Source: Spirochaetia bacterium UBA5763 (GTDB taxonomy: Bacteria; Spirochaetota; UBA4802; UBA5550). From it: 64,000 bases of DNA. The notes under the pieces were generated by a model that made no database searches, had not been told where the DNA came from, and saw only the letters and a program-made list of their open reading frames with translations. The stretch lies in assembly GCA_002418835.1 (NCBI GenBank), contig DIEX01000031.1:137617-201616 (forward strand), read 5' to 3'. Below are positions 8,075-17,792 of the stretch, in pieces; position 1 is the stretch's first letter, and each line of letters starts with the position of its first letter. Both the position numbers and the translations under genes were made by a program.

Positions 8075-9880
8075 ATGGGTAAGAAAAGAATAAAGTTTAT
8101 GTGTACAGCATTCAGGGACGGATTCCAGTCTGTATACGGATCAAGGGTGCTCTCAAAAGACTATCTTCCGGTAGTCGAAGCTGCCCGTGACGCTGGCATT
8201 TCATATTTTGAGTCGGGGGGAGGTGCGCAGTTCCAGTCGCTCTTCTTCTACTGCCGTGAAAATGCTTTTGACGTTATGGATGCCTTCAGAAAAGCTGCCG
8301 GGCCTGATGCCAACCTCCAGACACTGGCAAGGGGTGTTAATGTTGTGGGGCTCGATTCACAGCCGGCTGATATTATTGCACTTCACGCGAAGATGTTTAA
8401 AAAGCATGGTGTAACAACTATACGGAATTTCGACGCGCTGAATGATGTCAATAACCTGATATTCAGCGGAAAGTCTATAGCTGATGCAGGACTTAAGCAT
8501 CAGGTATGCGTTACCATGATGGAGCTCCCTCCGGGTTGTTCGGGAGCGCATGATCCTGAATTTTATATGAAGACTTTAAGGTCAATTCTTGATGCGGGAA
8601 TACCCTATGACTCTGTATGCTTTAAGGATGCATCAGGTACATCAGCTCCTTCCAAGGTCTATGAAACAATAAAGCTCGCAAGGAAGATGCTCCCGGAAGG
8701 GACTGTTATAGATTTCCATACTCATGAGACAGCGGGTATCGGTGTCACCTGTTATAAGGCGGCAATTGAAGCCGGTGCTGATTTTATCGACCTTTCAATG
8801 GTTCCTGTTTCAGGAGGTACATGTCAGCCCGATATACTGACCATGTGGCACGCTCTCCGGGGAAGTGAATATGATCTTGATGTTGATGTCGAAAAAGTTA
8901 TTGGTGTTGAGGAATTTTTTCAGGACAGTATGAAGGATTACTTTCTTCCTCCCGAAGCTGTGCGTGTTGATCCCCTTATCCCCTGGAGTCCTATGCCGGG
9001 GGGTGCGCTTACGGCAAATACTCAGATGCTCCGCGATAATAACCTGATGCACAAGTATAACCAGATAATTAAAGCAATGGAGGAGGTTGTTAGGCGCGGA
9101 GGTTTTGGTACCTCTGTTACCCCTGTGTCGCAGTTTTATTTCCAGCAGGCTTTTAATAACGTGATGTTCGGGCCATGGGAAAAAATTGCTGAAGGTTACG
9201 GTAAAATGGTTCTCGGTTACTATGGTAAAACTCCCGTTGAACCTGATCCTGAAATTTTGAAGATCTCCGCAGAGAAATTAGGGATGGCGCCTGCTGATAA
9301 TATCCCCATCGAAATAGATAATTCCAATCCCGCTAAGGGTATGGCACCGGCACGTAACGCGCTTAAGGAAGCCGGGCTCCTCGAATCAGATGAAAATATC
9401 TTTATCGCTGCCGCATGTAAGGAGAAGGGTATTGCTTTTCTGCTGGGCAAAGGTGAAATGGGTGTCAGGAAAAATGAAAAAGCGGAGGTTAAAGCTTCAA
9501 ATCCTCTATCAGCAGGGGCTTCATATACAGTCTCTGTGAACGGTAAAAACTATACTGTTACACTTGATCATGGAAAGACAATTGTTAATGGTAAGATCTA
9601 CAGTACAAGCATAAGGGAGAGCAGTAAGGTAAACGATCCGGTTCAGATGGCTTCAGGTACTCCTGACGGTACAGAGATAAAGTCCCCTCTTCCCGGAAAA
9701 GTTTTTAAAATTATTTGTGATATAGGGGAGCATGTTGAGACAGGTGATACAATCCTTATCCTTGAATCTATGAAAATGGAGACCAGGATAAATTCGACTG
9801 TGTCCGGAACAGTTTCCGAGCTTCTTGTGTCAGAGGGTGACCAGGTGCAGACTAATGATGTTCTTGTGCTTGTGAGCTGA
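8075..9880 (+). CDS. oadA: oxaloacetate decarboxylase alpha subunit (carboxyltransferase + biotin carboxyl carrier domain)
   Basis: KFMCTAFRDGFQS HMGL-like carboxyltransferase N-terminus; C-terminal biotinyl domain with ESMKMET biotin-lysine motif; ORF track starts at GTG 8063, ATG 8075 preferred. Confidence 0.85.
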   Translation: MGKKRIKFMCTAFRDGFQSVYGSRVLSKDYLPVVEAARDAGISYFESGGGAQFQSLFFYCRENAFDVMDAFRKAAGPDANLQTLARGVNVVGLDSQPADIIALHAKMFKKHGVTTIRNFDALNDVNNLIFSGKSIADAGLKHQVCVTMMELPPGCSGAHDPEFYMKTLRSILDAGIPYDSVCFKDASGTSAPSKVYETIKLARKMLPEGTVIDFHTHETAGIGVTCYKAAIEAGADFIDLSMVPVSGGTCQPDILTMWHALRGSEYDLDVDVEKVIGVEEFFQDSMKDYFLPPEAVRVDPLIPWSPMPGGALTANTQMLRDNNLMHKYNQIIKAMEEVVRRGGFGTSVTPVSQFYFQQAFNNVMFGPWEKIAEGYGKMVLGYYGKTPVEPDPEILKISAEKLGMAPADNIPIEIDNSNPAKGMAPARNALKEAGLLESDENIFIAAACKEKGIAFLLGKGEMGVRKNEKAEVKASNPLSAGASYTVSVNGKNYTVTLDHGKTIVNGKIYSTSIRESSKVNDPVQMASGTPDGTEIKSPLPGKVFKIICDIGEHVETGDTILILESMKMETRINSTVSGTVSELLVSEGDQVQTNDVLVLVS

Positions 9881-9894
9881 TATTGCCATACATA

Positions 9895-9920
9895 GGGGCT
9901 GTCTTAAAAAAGACAGCCCT
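9895..9920. terminator. bidirectional rho-independent terminator between convergent oadA and 9941..10432
   Basis: GGGGCTGTCTT-aaaa-AAGACAGCCC perfect hairpin 15 nt after oadA stop. Confidence 0.6.
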
Positions 9921-9940
9921 GATTGTTTCGTGATTTATTC

Positions 9941-10432
9941 TCACTCTTCGGTTTCTTCATTGTAGTTGTTATCTTCGGCATCATCAGATACTCCGATGTT
10001 TTCCATTATTCTGTTTAGTTTCGCGAGGGCTTTCTGAACTGCGGGATCGCTATAGTACTGGGCGAATTTCTGAAAGTCGGCATTCTTATCACTTCCGGAC
10101 ATCTGCTCTGCCCACTCTCTCTGGACTCTTTCATAATCATTCATATCATCAGAATCATCTTCACTTTCATCATCTTCTTCTGCCATGTAGGCATATTTTT
10201 TTTCCATAGTTTTTATCTGAGGAGTTAGTTTTTCCATCTGATCAGCGTACCTGTTAATAACCGCAGCAAGTTCATTGGCGCTTTTGACTTTTGTAAGTGC
10301 ATTATAATAATCAGATGATATTTTTGTGATTTTATCTGTGAGAGCTTTAAGGTCAGCAGGCATCTTTTCTTTAGCAAAACAAATGGATGCTGAAGTAAGT
10401 ATAATAAGTAAAACAGCAGTAATTCTTTTCAT
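9941..10432 (-). CDS. secreted acidic hypothetical protein
   Basis: 163 aa; signal peptide MKRITAVLLIILTSASICFA; highly acidic segments (EEDDESEDDSDDMND). Confidence 0.5.
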   Translation of the reverse strand: MKRITAVLLIILTSASICFAKEKMPADLKALTDKITKISSDYYNALTKVKSANELAAVINRYADQMEKLTPQIKTMEKKYAYMAEEDDESEDDSDDMNDYERVQREWAEQMSGSDKNADFQKFAQYYSDPAVQKALAKLNRIMENIGVSDDAEDNNYNEETEE

Positions 10433-10612
10433 GTCAATACCTCATGTTATAATGGAAAAATTATAATCTGATGCTTTAAATAGTCAAGTTTTTCATTAAA
10501 ACTTCTTTCAGTTGTTCTGCATAGAATCTGTTTAATATCAGTTTTTAATATAAAATTTGAATAAATTTAAAATAATGTTATTTTATATACAAGTTCATCT
10601 CCGGAGGTTCAT

Positions 10613-12232
10613 ATGAAGAGTTTAAGGCTTGAAGTTATAATGCTTACTTTGGGAACAGGTTTAGGTGTTCTTGTTCTTATTATATCTATCTGTATATTCG
10701 CCATAAACAGAAACAGCAGCCAGTTGCTGCAGCTGAATGAGGATATAATATTCAAAGACTATGATAAAAACATAAATAATCAGGTGGAGAATGTAATCTC
10801 TTTAATCGGAGCTGTAAGAAAATACCAGATTGCAAATAACCTGTCGGATCAGCAGGGGAAATTACTGGCAAGAGAACTTGTACGTGACCTGAGATATGAT
10901 AAAGAAAACTACTTCTGGATTGATGATTTTGAAGGGATAAATATTCTGCTCCCTCCAAATCCCGCCGGTGAAGGTAAATCGAGGATTAATCTCCGGGATG
11001 TAAATGGAAAGGAGATGGTTAAGGAACTGATAGCAAACGGAAAATTGCCTGAAGGGGGGTACACTGATTACTGGTTTCCCCGCCCCGGAGAAAAAGATGC
11101 AAGCAGAAAGAGAGGGTATACAAAATCTTTTGATGCTTATAGGTGGGTAGTGGGTACAGGGAATTATGTTGATGATATGGAAAAAATTGTAGCGGAGCAG
11201 ATAGCTGCAAATGCCAGGTATATAAGGACTTTATTTTTTGTCGTTCTGGCAGTGGGAGGGGCAATTTCAGTCATAGTTATCATCATGTCTGTATTTTTCG
11301 GTAATTCGCTCTCACGCCCTGTTGTTGAATCAGCAAAGGTGGCGAATAAACTGGCAGAGGGTGATCTCACCGGCAGAATTGATATAAAATATGAAAACAG
11401 AAAAGATGAAGTTGGTACACTTGTAAAAAGTATCAATGCTGCAATTGAAAAACTGGAGAAGATGATCACTTCAATTGCAACAGCTATGCAGAGCCTTTAC
11501 TATGCTACTGATCAGATAAACCAGGGGAACCAGAACCTTTCACAGCGCACAACAGAACAGGCCTCTGCACTGGAGGAGATTGCTTCAACTATTGAGGAAA
11601 CAAGTGCAACAATTACACAGAATACTGAAAATGCAAGACATGCAGACACCACATCCATCGCATCGTATGAATTCGCTGAAAAGGGGGGAGAGCTTGTAAA
11701 TGCTGCTGTCTCATCAATAAATGAAATCAGTGAGTCCAGTAAAAAGATCGGAGAGATTATCTCTGTAATAAATGAAATTGCATTTCAGACAAATCTTCTG
11801 GCTCTCAATGCTGCTGTTGAGGCGGCACGGGCAGGGGACCAGGGGAGAGGCTTTGCTGTTGTTGCGGGGGAGGTGAGAAACCTTGCTCAAAGATCGGGAG
11901 CTGCCGCGAAACAGATAGGTGAGCTTATAAGAGAATCAATTGAAAAGATCGATAAGGGTACTGAAGAGGCAAACAGGAGCGGTGATGCTATTGATGAAAT
12001 CATTAAATCAGTAAAAAATGTGACACGGCTTATCTCTGAGATTACAGCAGCAAGTGATGAGCAGAAGTCCGGTATTGATCAGATTAATACAGCAGTAATG
12101 GAGCTTGATAATATGACTCAGCAGAATGCGGCACTTGTTGAGGAGACTGCATCCGCCAGTGAGGAGATGGCTTCACAGGCAATGAACCTTATGGAGCAGA
12201 TGAAGATGTTCAAAACAGAGAAGGAAGTATGA
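10613..12232 (+). CDS. methyl-accepting chemotaxis protein with sCache_2-type periplasmic sensor
   Basis: 539 aa; TM, periplasmic domain with YFWIDD...[12 protein letters not shown]...WVVGTGNY (single Cache 2 signature), second TM, HAMP, conserved MCP signalling domain ([22 protein letters not shown]). Confidence 0.85.
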   Translation: MKSLRLEVIMLTLGTGLGVLVLIISICIFAINRNSSQLLQLNEDIIFKDYDKNINNQVENVISLIGAVRKYQIANNLSDQQGKLLARELVRDLRYDKENYFWIDDFEGINILLPPNPAGEGKSRINLRDVNGKEMVKELIANGKLPEGGYTDYWFPRPGEKDASRKRGYTKSFDAYRWVVGTGNYVDDMEKIVAEQIAANARYIRTLFFVVLAVGGAISVIVIIMSVFFGNSLSRPVVESAKVANKLAEGDLTGRIDIKYENRKDEVGTLVKSINAAIEKLEKMITSIATAMQSLYYATDQINQGNQNLSQRTTEQASALEEIASTIEETSATITQNTENARHADTTSIASYEFAEKGGELVNAAVSSINEISESSKKIGEIISVINEIAFQTNLLALNAAVEAARAGDQGRGFAVVAGEVRNLAQRSGAAAKQIGELIRESIEKIDKGTEEANRSGDAIDEIIKSVKNVTRLISEITAASDEQKSGIDQINTAVMELDNMTQQNAALVEETASASEEMASQAMNLMEQMKMFKTEKEV

Positions 12233-12285
12233 TTTATTTGTTTAATAAATTTTATTTTTAAGAGTCGGGTTTATCCGTTAATTAT

Positions 12286-14973
12286 ATGGATCTTAAAACT
12301 TATTTAAAGAAAATAATATTTGCCATGCTGCTGTTAATAATGGCGCACAGTTGCGTTCATGCTTCAGAAAAAAAGAATGTTCTGATATTGAATTCATATC
12401 ACCAGGGTTATAAATGGACAGATGATGAAGTGCGGGGCATTGTCAATGGCCTATTTCCTGAACAGGACAATATTAAAACATATATTGAGTACATGGGTAC
12501 AAAATGGAACTTCAGCAGCGAATACTTAAAAGAACTATGTATTCTGTATAAAAAAAAGTTCAACCAGGTAAACTTCGATGTAATAGTATCTACAGATGAT
12601 GATGCTTTTAATTTTCTTAAAAAATACCGTGATAGTGTGTTCGGTAGAGTACCGGTAGTTTTCTGCGGACTTAACTGGGTAACCCCCGGGAAATTGAGCG
12701 GTATGGGGAGCGTCACAGGCGTTAACGAAACTACTGATATTTCACTAAATTTGTATCTTATGATGAAGATTCATCCTGAAGTAAAGAGGATATATGTAAT
12801 AATTGATTCCACAACAACAGGGATTTCAGTATATAATAAACTCATTGAAATAATGCCTCAGTACAGCGGCAGGATTGAGATAATACCTTTGTATGACCTT
12901 CCAATGAAGACTCTTATTGACAGGGTCTCTTCCATTGAAAGTGATTCTCTTGTCCTGCTGACTATTTTCAGCAGGGATGGTTCCGGGCAGTTTTTTGAGT
13001 ACAATGAATACTCTGAAATTATAACCGGTAATAGCAGAGTTCCGGTCTACGGCCTGTGGGATTTTTATCTTGGCCACGGAATTCTCGGGGGTAACCTGGC
13101 AAACGGATATTCGCAGGGCATCACAGCCGGGAATATTGCTTTAAGGGTACTTAATGGCGAGTCAGTGGAAAGCATTCCTGTGATTCTGGATAGTCCCAAT
13201 ACTTACATGTTCGATTTTTTTCAGATGAAGAGGTTCGGGATTGGAAGAGATCTGATCCCCGCAGCCAGTACGGTAATAAATGAGCCTTCGTCTTTCTACT
13301 CTGTGAATAAAAAGATCTTCAGTTTTATTATAGCATTAACTTTTGCATTAACGATTTTTTCAGTGGTGCTGGTGTTAAATATTCGCAGGAGATATATCGC
13401 GGAAAAATCGCTGAAGGAAAGTGTTGAGCAGTACAGTACACTTGTGAACAACCTTAATGTCGGGGTATTCAGGAGCAACGGGGTTCCTGATGGGTGCTTT
13501 ATCCAGGTTAATCCTGTTATGATAAAAATATTCGGATATGATGACAGGGAAGAATTTATAAAAGTTCCAGTCAGAGACCTGTACCAGGACCCTTCCGGAA
13601 GAGATAATTTTTTAAATAACCTGAAAGATTTAAAAACAATAAACAATATTGAACAGCAGATGAAGAGGAGGGATGGTTCGCTGATATCTGTATCTGTTAC
13701 CGGGAGCGCGGTTTTTAATGAAGACGGGACAATAAATTACGTTGATGGTATTCTTGAAGATATAACTGAAAAGAAGAGGATGGAAACGGAAATAAGGCAT
13801 GCCCAGAAAATGGATACAATAGGGACTCTTGCCAGCGGCATTGCTCATGATTTTAATAATGCGCTGGGTGCCCTGATTGGCGCCGTCAGTCTCATGGATC
13901 ATAAACTCAGTACCGGTATACCAATGACTCTGGAGAAGCAGCTTGAGTATATAGCGGTAATGAAAGAATCGGGGGACAAGGGTATCTCCATGGTTAAAAG
14001 GCTCCTCTCTCTTGCAAGAAAGAATGATTCGGATTACAGGTCTTTCAATATAAATGAGGTTGTAAAAAGAGTAGTAGCACTGCTGACGGGTGTGATTGAT
14101 AAGAGCGTATCCGTAAACTCTTCGTATTACGAAGATAAGGCTTTATCAATGGGGGACCCTGCGCAGATTGAGCAGGTGCTTTTGAATCTATGCATAAATG
14201 CCGGACATGCCATGACCATAATGAGGGCGAATCATGAGCAATGGGGCGGCTCACTGAGCATTATGATAAATAAAGTTTTTCCTGACAGGTATATTTCAAG
14301 GACTCACGCTGAAGCATCTGAAAAAGAATTCTGGAGTATATCTGTGGCCGATACCGGAACAGGGATGTCCGGAGAGGTGATAAGCAGGATATTTGAACCT
14401 TTTTTTACAACAAAAGGTGAAGGTTCAGGCACAGGACTTGGGCTGGCAATGGTTCAGAAAATCGTAAATGAGCATCTGGGGTTTATTGATGTATATTCAG
14501 AACCTGGTGTGGGGACAACTTTTAAAATTTATCTGCCGGTTTATTATGGTGAATCAGAATACAGGCCGCCCGTTATAAGCCCGGGTGATTTAAAAGGGAG
14601 CGGCAGAGTTCTGCTTGTTGAAGATGAACTACTGATTATGAAAATTGCTGAGGAGATACTGAAAGACTGCGGATATGAAGTTTACTGTGCTGATAACGGT
14701 GAAAGCGCACTTGAAATTTTCAGAGAGAAATACAATGAAATAAGTGCAGTTGTCATGGACATGGCAATGCCTGTGATGTCAGGGTTTGTGGCTTTCAGTG
14801 AAATGAGGAAAATTTCGCCCTCTGTCCGTGTGCTGATTGCGTCAGGATGCAGGCAGGACAGCAGAGTGGATGAAGTACTTTTATCTGGTGGAGCGGATTT
14901 TATTGAGAAACCATATACTGTTGAAGAACTGGCGCTGGCAGTGAGGAATCTCATAGAGACGGGGAGTATCTGA
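12286..14973 (+). CDS. hybrid sensor histidine kinase/response regulator with N-terminal periplasmic substrate-binding-like domain
   Basis: 895 aa; signal peptide, about 300-aa SBP-like region, TM, PAS, HisKA (HDFNNALGAL), HATPase (GTGLGLAMV), C-terminal REC (LLVEDE...DMAMP). Confidence 0.8.
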   Translation: MDLKTYLKKIIFAMLLLIMAHSCVHASEKKNVLILNSYHQGYKWTDDEVRGIVNGLFPEQDNIKTYIEYMGTKWNFSSEYLKELCILYKKKFNQVNFDVIVSTDDDAFNFLKKYRDSVFGRVPVVFCGLNWVTPGKLSGMGSVTGVNETTDISLNLYLMMKIHPEVKRIYVIIDSTTTGISVYNKLIEIMPQYSGRIEIIPLYDLPMKTLIDRVSSIESDSLVLLTIFSRDGSGQFFEYNEYSEIITGNSRVPVYGLWDFYLGHGILGGNLANGYSQGITAGNIALRVLNGESVESIPVILDSPNTYMFDFFQMKRFGIGRDLIPAASTVINEPSSFYSVNKKIFSFIIALTFALTIFSVVLVLNIRRRYIAEKSLKESVEQYSTLVNNLNVGVFRSNGVPDGCFIQVNPVMIKIFGYDDREEFIKVPVRDLYQDPSGRDNFLNNLKDLKTINNIEQQMKRRDGSLISVSVTGSAVFNEDGTINYVDGILEDITEKKRMETEIRHAQKMDTIGTLASGIAHDFNNALGALIGAVSLMDHKLSTGIPMTLEKQLEYIAVMKESGDKGISMVKRLLSLARKNDSDYRSFNINEVVKRVVALLTGVIDKSVSVNSSYYEDKALSMGDPAQIEQVLLNLCINAGHAMTIMRANHEQWGGSLSIMINKVFPDRYISRTHAEASEKEFWSISVADTGTGMSGEVISRIFEPFFTTKGEGSGTGLGLAMVQKIVNEHLGFIDVYSEPGVGTTFKIYLPVYYGESEYRPPVISPGDLKGSGRVLLVEDELLIMKIAEEILKDCGYEVYCADNGESALEIFREKYNEISAVVMDMAMPVMSGFVAFSEMRKISPSVRVLIASGCRQDSRVDEVLLSGGADFIEKPYTVEELALAVRNLIETGSI

Positions 14974-14976
14974 AGT

Positions 14977-15007
14977 TTCCGCGCCTCCATGTTTTAAAGG
15001 CGCGGAA
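14977..15007. terminator. bidirectional terminator hairpin between convergent genes
   Basis: TTCCGCGCC-13 nt loop-GGCGCGGAA between stop of HK (14973) and stop of CoA-transferase (15015). Confidence 0.45.
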
Positions 15008-15014
15008 CAGATTA

Positions 15015-16733
15015 TTAATTCCTCATACTATTGATCCAGTTCAGTCTGAAATTTTTACCGGAAACTACAGCCTTGTCATATATTTCGACCATGCCATCTT
15101 CCGGAAGGTTTATCCTGGCTTCACTGTTCGCAATAATATCTCTCTCAACATTAATCCCGGGAGCCACACTTACAAGTTCAAGGCCTTTTTCTGTCAGTTT
15201 GAATGCTGCAAGGTGTGTAACATAATAAACTTCTTTTCCTGCTTTCAGCGCCTCCTTCGCAGAAAAGGTTATTTCATCCACTCTTTTCACAAATTTTGGA
15301 ATACCTGGTTCAATAACAGTAAGCTCATTGTTTTTGATCCTGATTTTACTTTTTGCCATGAAGGCTCCGACAAATATTATTTTTCTCGCATTAGCCACGA
15401 GGTTCAGAAATCCTCCAGGACCGATGTAATTTTTTGCTCCTTCAGCTTTTTTAGAAACATTTACATTCCCCTCCTCATCAACCTGAAGTGTCCCGAGAAT
15501 TGTTATGTCGAGATTCCTCTCAACAAGGTGAAACATCTCAGCTGAACTCATCAGTTTTTTCGGATTAAATGCAAGCCCGAAGAAAAAACCGGGAGCCGGT
15601 GTGCCTCCATAAATCCCTGTTTCAAGCATGAAAGTAAGTTTGTCCCCGATACCTGACTGCATTATCTGTCTGCTCACCTCCTGCGGGAGTCCGTAACCTA
15701 TTACACAATGAGCCTCGGGCTGTGATATGTCAGAAAATATAGAAGCTGCCTGTCTCGCAAGTATCAGGTCTTTTTCACTCCTTTCGGGATCTGCTTTTAG
15801 AACAGCATTGAGGGCTTTTATTTTAGCTCTGGCTTTCTCTATATTGCCTTCGCCTCCGGGAACAAGTTCCTTCCACGGTTTTCTCTGCTCCACTGTTCCT
15901 GTTATATCGTTTGTGGGATTGACTACAATTGCATCGATGTATTCCGCTTTTATGTAAATTGCTGATTCATCCTTCGGAATAATTTTTGTAACCGTAACAA
16001 TTGAAACTCCGCCGTTTCTCTTCGCAGCAAGCACCGCCTCTTTTGCCTCAGAATATATCACGGCCTCCTTAACATAGATATTGCCCTCTATGTCTGCTGA
16101 GGGGGCAATAACCACTGCCGCATTAACAGCGGGAATCCTGTACTTCAGCCTGTCTCCATCTACTTCAACAAGCTGTTCTCCAAGGCCCGGGATCACCTGT
16201 GATCCTGCTCCAACACGGGGGTCCATGAATGTGCCCACTCCGACTTTGGTTGTGATATAATCTCTACCCTGGCCCTGGGCTTCTGCGAGATGAGCAATTA
16301 CCCCCTGCGGGAGTACGCCAAGTATACATTCGCCCGCTTCGGCAAGAGCAAGCTGGGCTCTTGCTGTCTCAAGGTGGCCTGAAATAAATTCAGTATTAAG
16401 ACCTTTAAGGCCCACATCTTCCACACTTCCCGGTATCTTTCCACGGGCGCCTGCTCCACCTGCTGTTATCACAGTGAGATTTTTCGGCGAACCTATGGAT
16501 TTGTATCTGTGTCCTATTGCGCTCCAGAGAATCGCAGGGCGTGCGGAAACAGTCATACCCATCCCCATTAAACAGGCGTTATCCGGAATAAGCGCCACAG
16601 CATCGCTGGCGCACATGAATTTAGGATTATCAACACCGGGGTGATAGTTGAAATTAAAGTTGCTTATTTTCTTTTTCCATTTCAGGAGTTTAACAACTGC
16701 TATTGCTGTATTTATAGATTCATTAATAAACAT
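15015..16733 (-). CDS. acyl-CoA:acetate/3-ketoacid CoA-transferase family protein (acetyl-CoA hydrolase/transferase superfamily)
   Basis: 572 aa; two CoA-transferase-like halves, glycine-rich motifs (ITAGGAGARG, GPGGF) resembling YdiF/COG4670-type enzymes. Confidence 0.65.
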   Translation of the reverse strand: MFINESINTAIAVVKLLKWKKKISNFNFNYHPGVDNPKFMCASDAVALIPDNACLMGMGMTVSARPAILWSAIGHRYKSIGSPKNLTVITAGGAGARGKIPGSVEDVGLKGLNTEFISGHLETARAQLALAEAGECILGVLPQGVIAHLAEAQGQGRDYITTKVGVGTFMDPRVGAGSQVIPGLGEQLVEVDGDRLKYRIPAVNAAVVIAPSADIEGNIYVKEAVIYSEAKEAVLAAKRNGGVSIVTVTKIIPKDESAIYIKAEYIDAIVVNPTNDITGTVEQRKPWKELVPGGEGNIEKARAKIKALNAVLKADPERSEKDLILARQAASIFSDISQPEAHCVIGYGLPQEVSRQIMQSGIGDKLTFMLETGIYGGTPAPGFFFGLAFNPKKLMSSAEMFHLVERNLDITILGTLQVDEEGNVNVSKKAEGAKNYIGPGGFLNLVANARKIIFVGAFMAKSKIRIKNNELTVIEPGIPKFVKRVDEITFSAKEALKAGKEVYYVTHLAAFKLTEKGLELVSVAPGINVERDIIANSEARINLPEDGMVEIYDKAVVSGKNFRLNWINSMRN

Positions 16734-16753
16734 ATATTCCTCCTTTATTATAT

Positions 16754-17632
16754 TTAATTCTGCGGTGTAAAACGGTATTCGCCGTTTTTAAGAACATATT
16801 TTCCAAGGCTGTTGATCGCATTAAACACGATACGGTCTTTCTCGCCGGAATCGTATCCGATAATCGTGATTTCATCCCCCGGAAGTACCGGAGTGGCAAA
16901 TCGCATCGAAATACCCTTCATCCTTGTCATGTCGCCATTGCATACTTCATCAAGGAGACAATTTGCTGTCATTGCTGCTATGCATACGCCATGCATAACT
17001 GTTCCGGGGAGACCTGCAAGCCGTGCAAGGAACGGACTTGTGTGAATAAAGTTGGAATCACCGGAAACTTTTGCATACTGAAGAGGCTGTTTCTTTACCG
17101 TGCGGAATTTTTTTCTGAAGAGTTCGTGGTCATATATTTTTTCGTTTCTTCTGCCGATTCTCTCTCTGCGTCTCCCCCGGATTATAAAAACTGTATGTGC
17201 CTCGGCAATTCTGCTGTTACCGACAGAAGCAATAGTTTTAAGATCAATCATCTCGCCTGCTGATGAATCTGTTATATTATCTATGCTCATATCCACATCG
17301 ATGATATCCCCCTCATGTATGTGACCAAGCCACTCAATTGTCTGCTGGCCGTGAACAAGTTTCAGGAGGTTCAGCTTGAGTTCTTTATTTACGAGAAAAT
17401 ATTTGAACATAGGGTATAATAGACGGGAGAGGTAGAATGGAGGAACAGTGCAGTTTTCACCTCTGTATCTCACTGGATTATCCAGGGTGGCTTCCACGTA
17501 AGAGTATATGTCATTGCGGGTAATGGGCCCTATGCGGCTTGTGATCCTGTGGCCGATCATTCCCCTGTTGATTCTTTCAGCCCGTATATTTCTCAGCATT
17601 GCAATGAATAACGGAATATTATTCAGTAACAA
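16754..17632 (-). CDS. MaoC-like (R)-hydratase/dehydratase, double hotdog fold
   Basis: 292 aa; C-terminal GDSNFIHTSPFLARLAGLPGTVMHG motif (MaoC dehydratase signature D-x-N-PIH..A...G..I.HG); 20 bp from CoA-transferase. Confidence 0.65.
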   Translation of the reverse strand: MLLNNIPLFIAMLRNIRAERINRGMIGHRITSRIGPITRNDIYSYVEATLDNPVRYRGENCTVPPFYLSRLLYPMFKYFLVNKELKLNLLKLVHGQQTIEWLGHIHEGDIIDVDMSIDNITDSSAGEMIDLKTIASVGNSRIAEAHTVFIIRGRRRERIGRRNEKIYDHELFRKKFRTVKKQPLQYAKVSGDSNFIHTSPFLARLAGLPGTVMHGVCIAAMTANCLLDEVCNGDMTRMKGISMRFATPVLPGDEITIIGYDSGEKDRIVFNAINSLGKYVLKNGEYRFTPQN

Positions 17633-17792
17633 GTTGAACCTCCTTTTATATTATTTTTTAATATAAAAGTAACGGGTCACTGATGCTGTTTTCGCATTGA
17701 ATTATGATTTTATATACCGGAAAGTATTCCAGAATTATGATTATGCATAGTTTAACTGTTGTTAAGCGGTATTTTTTTATAAAGATGGATGC

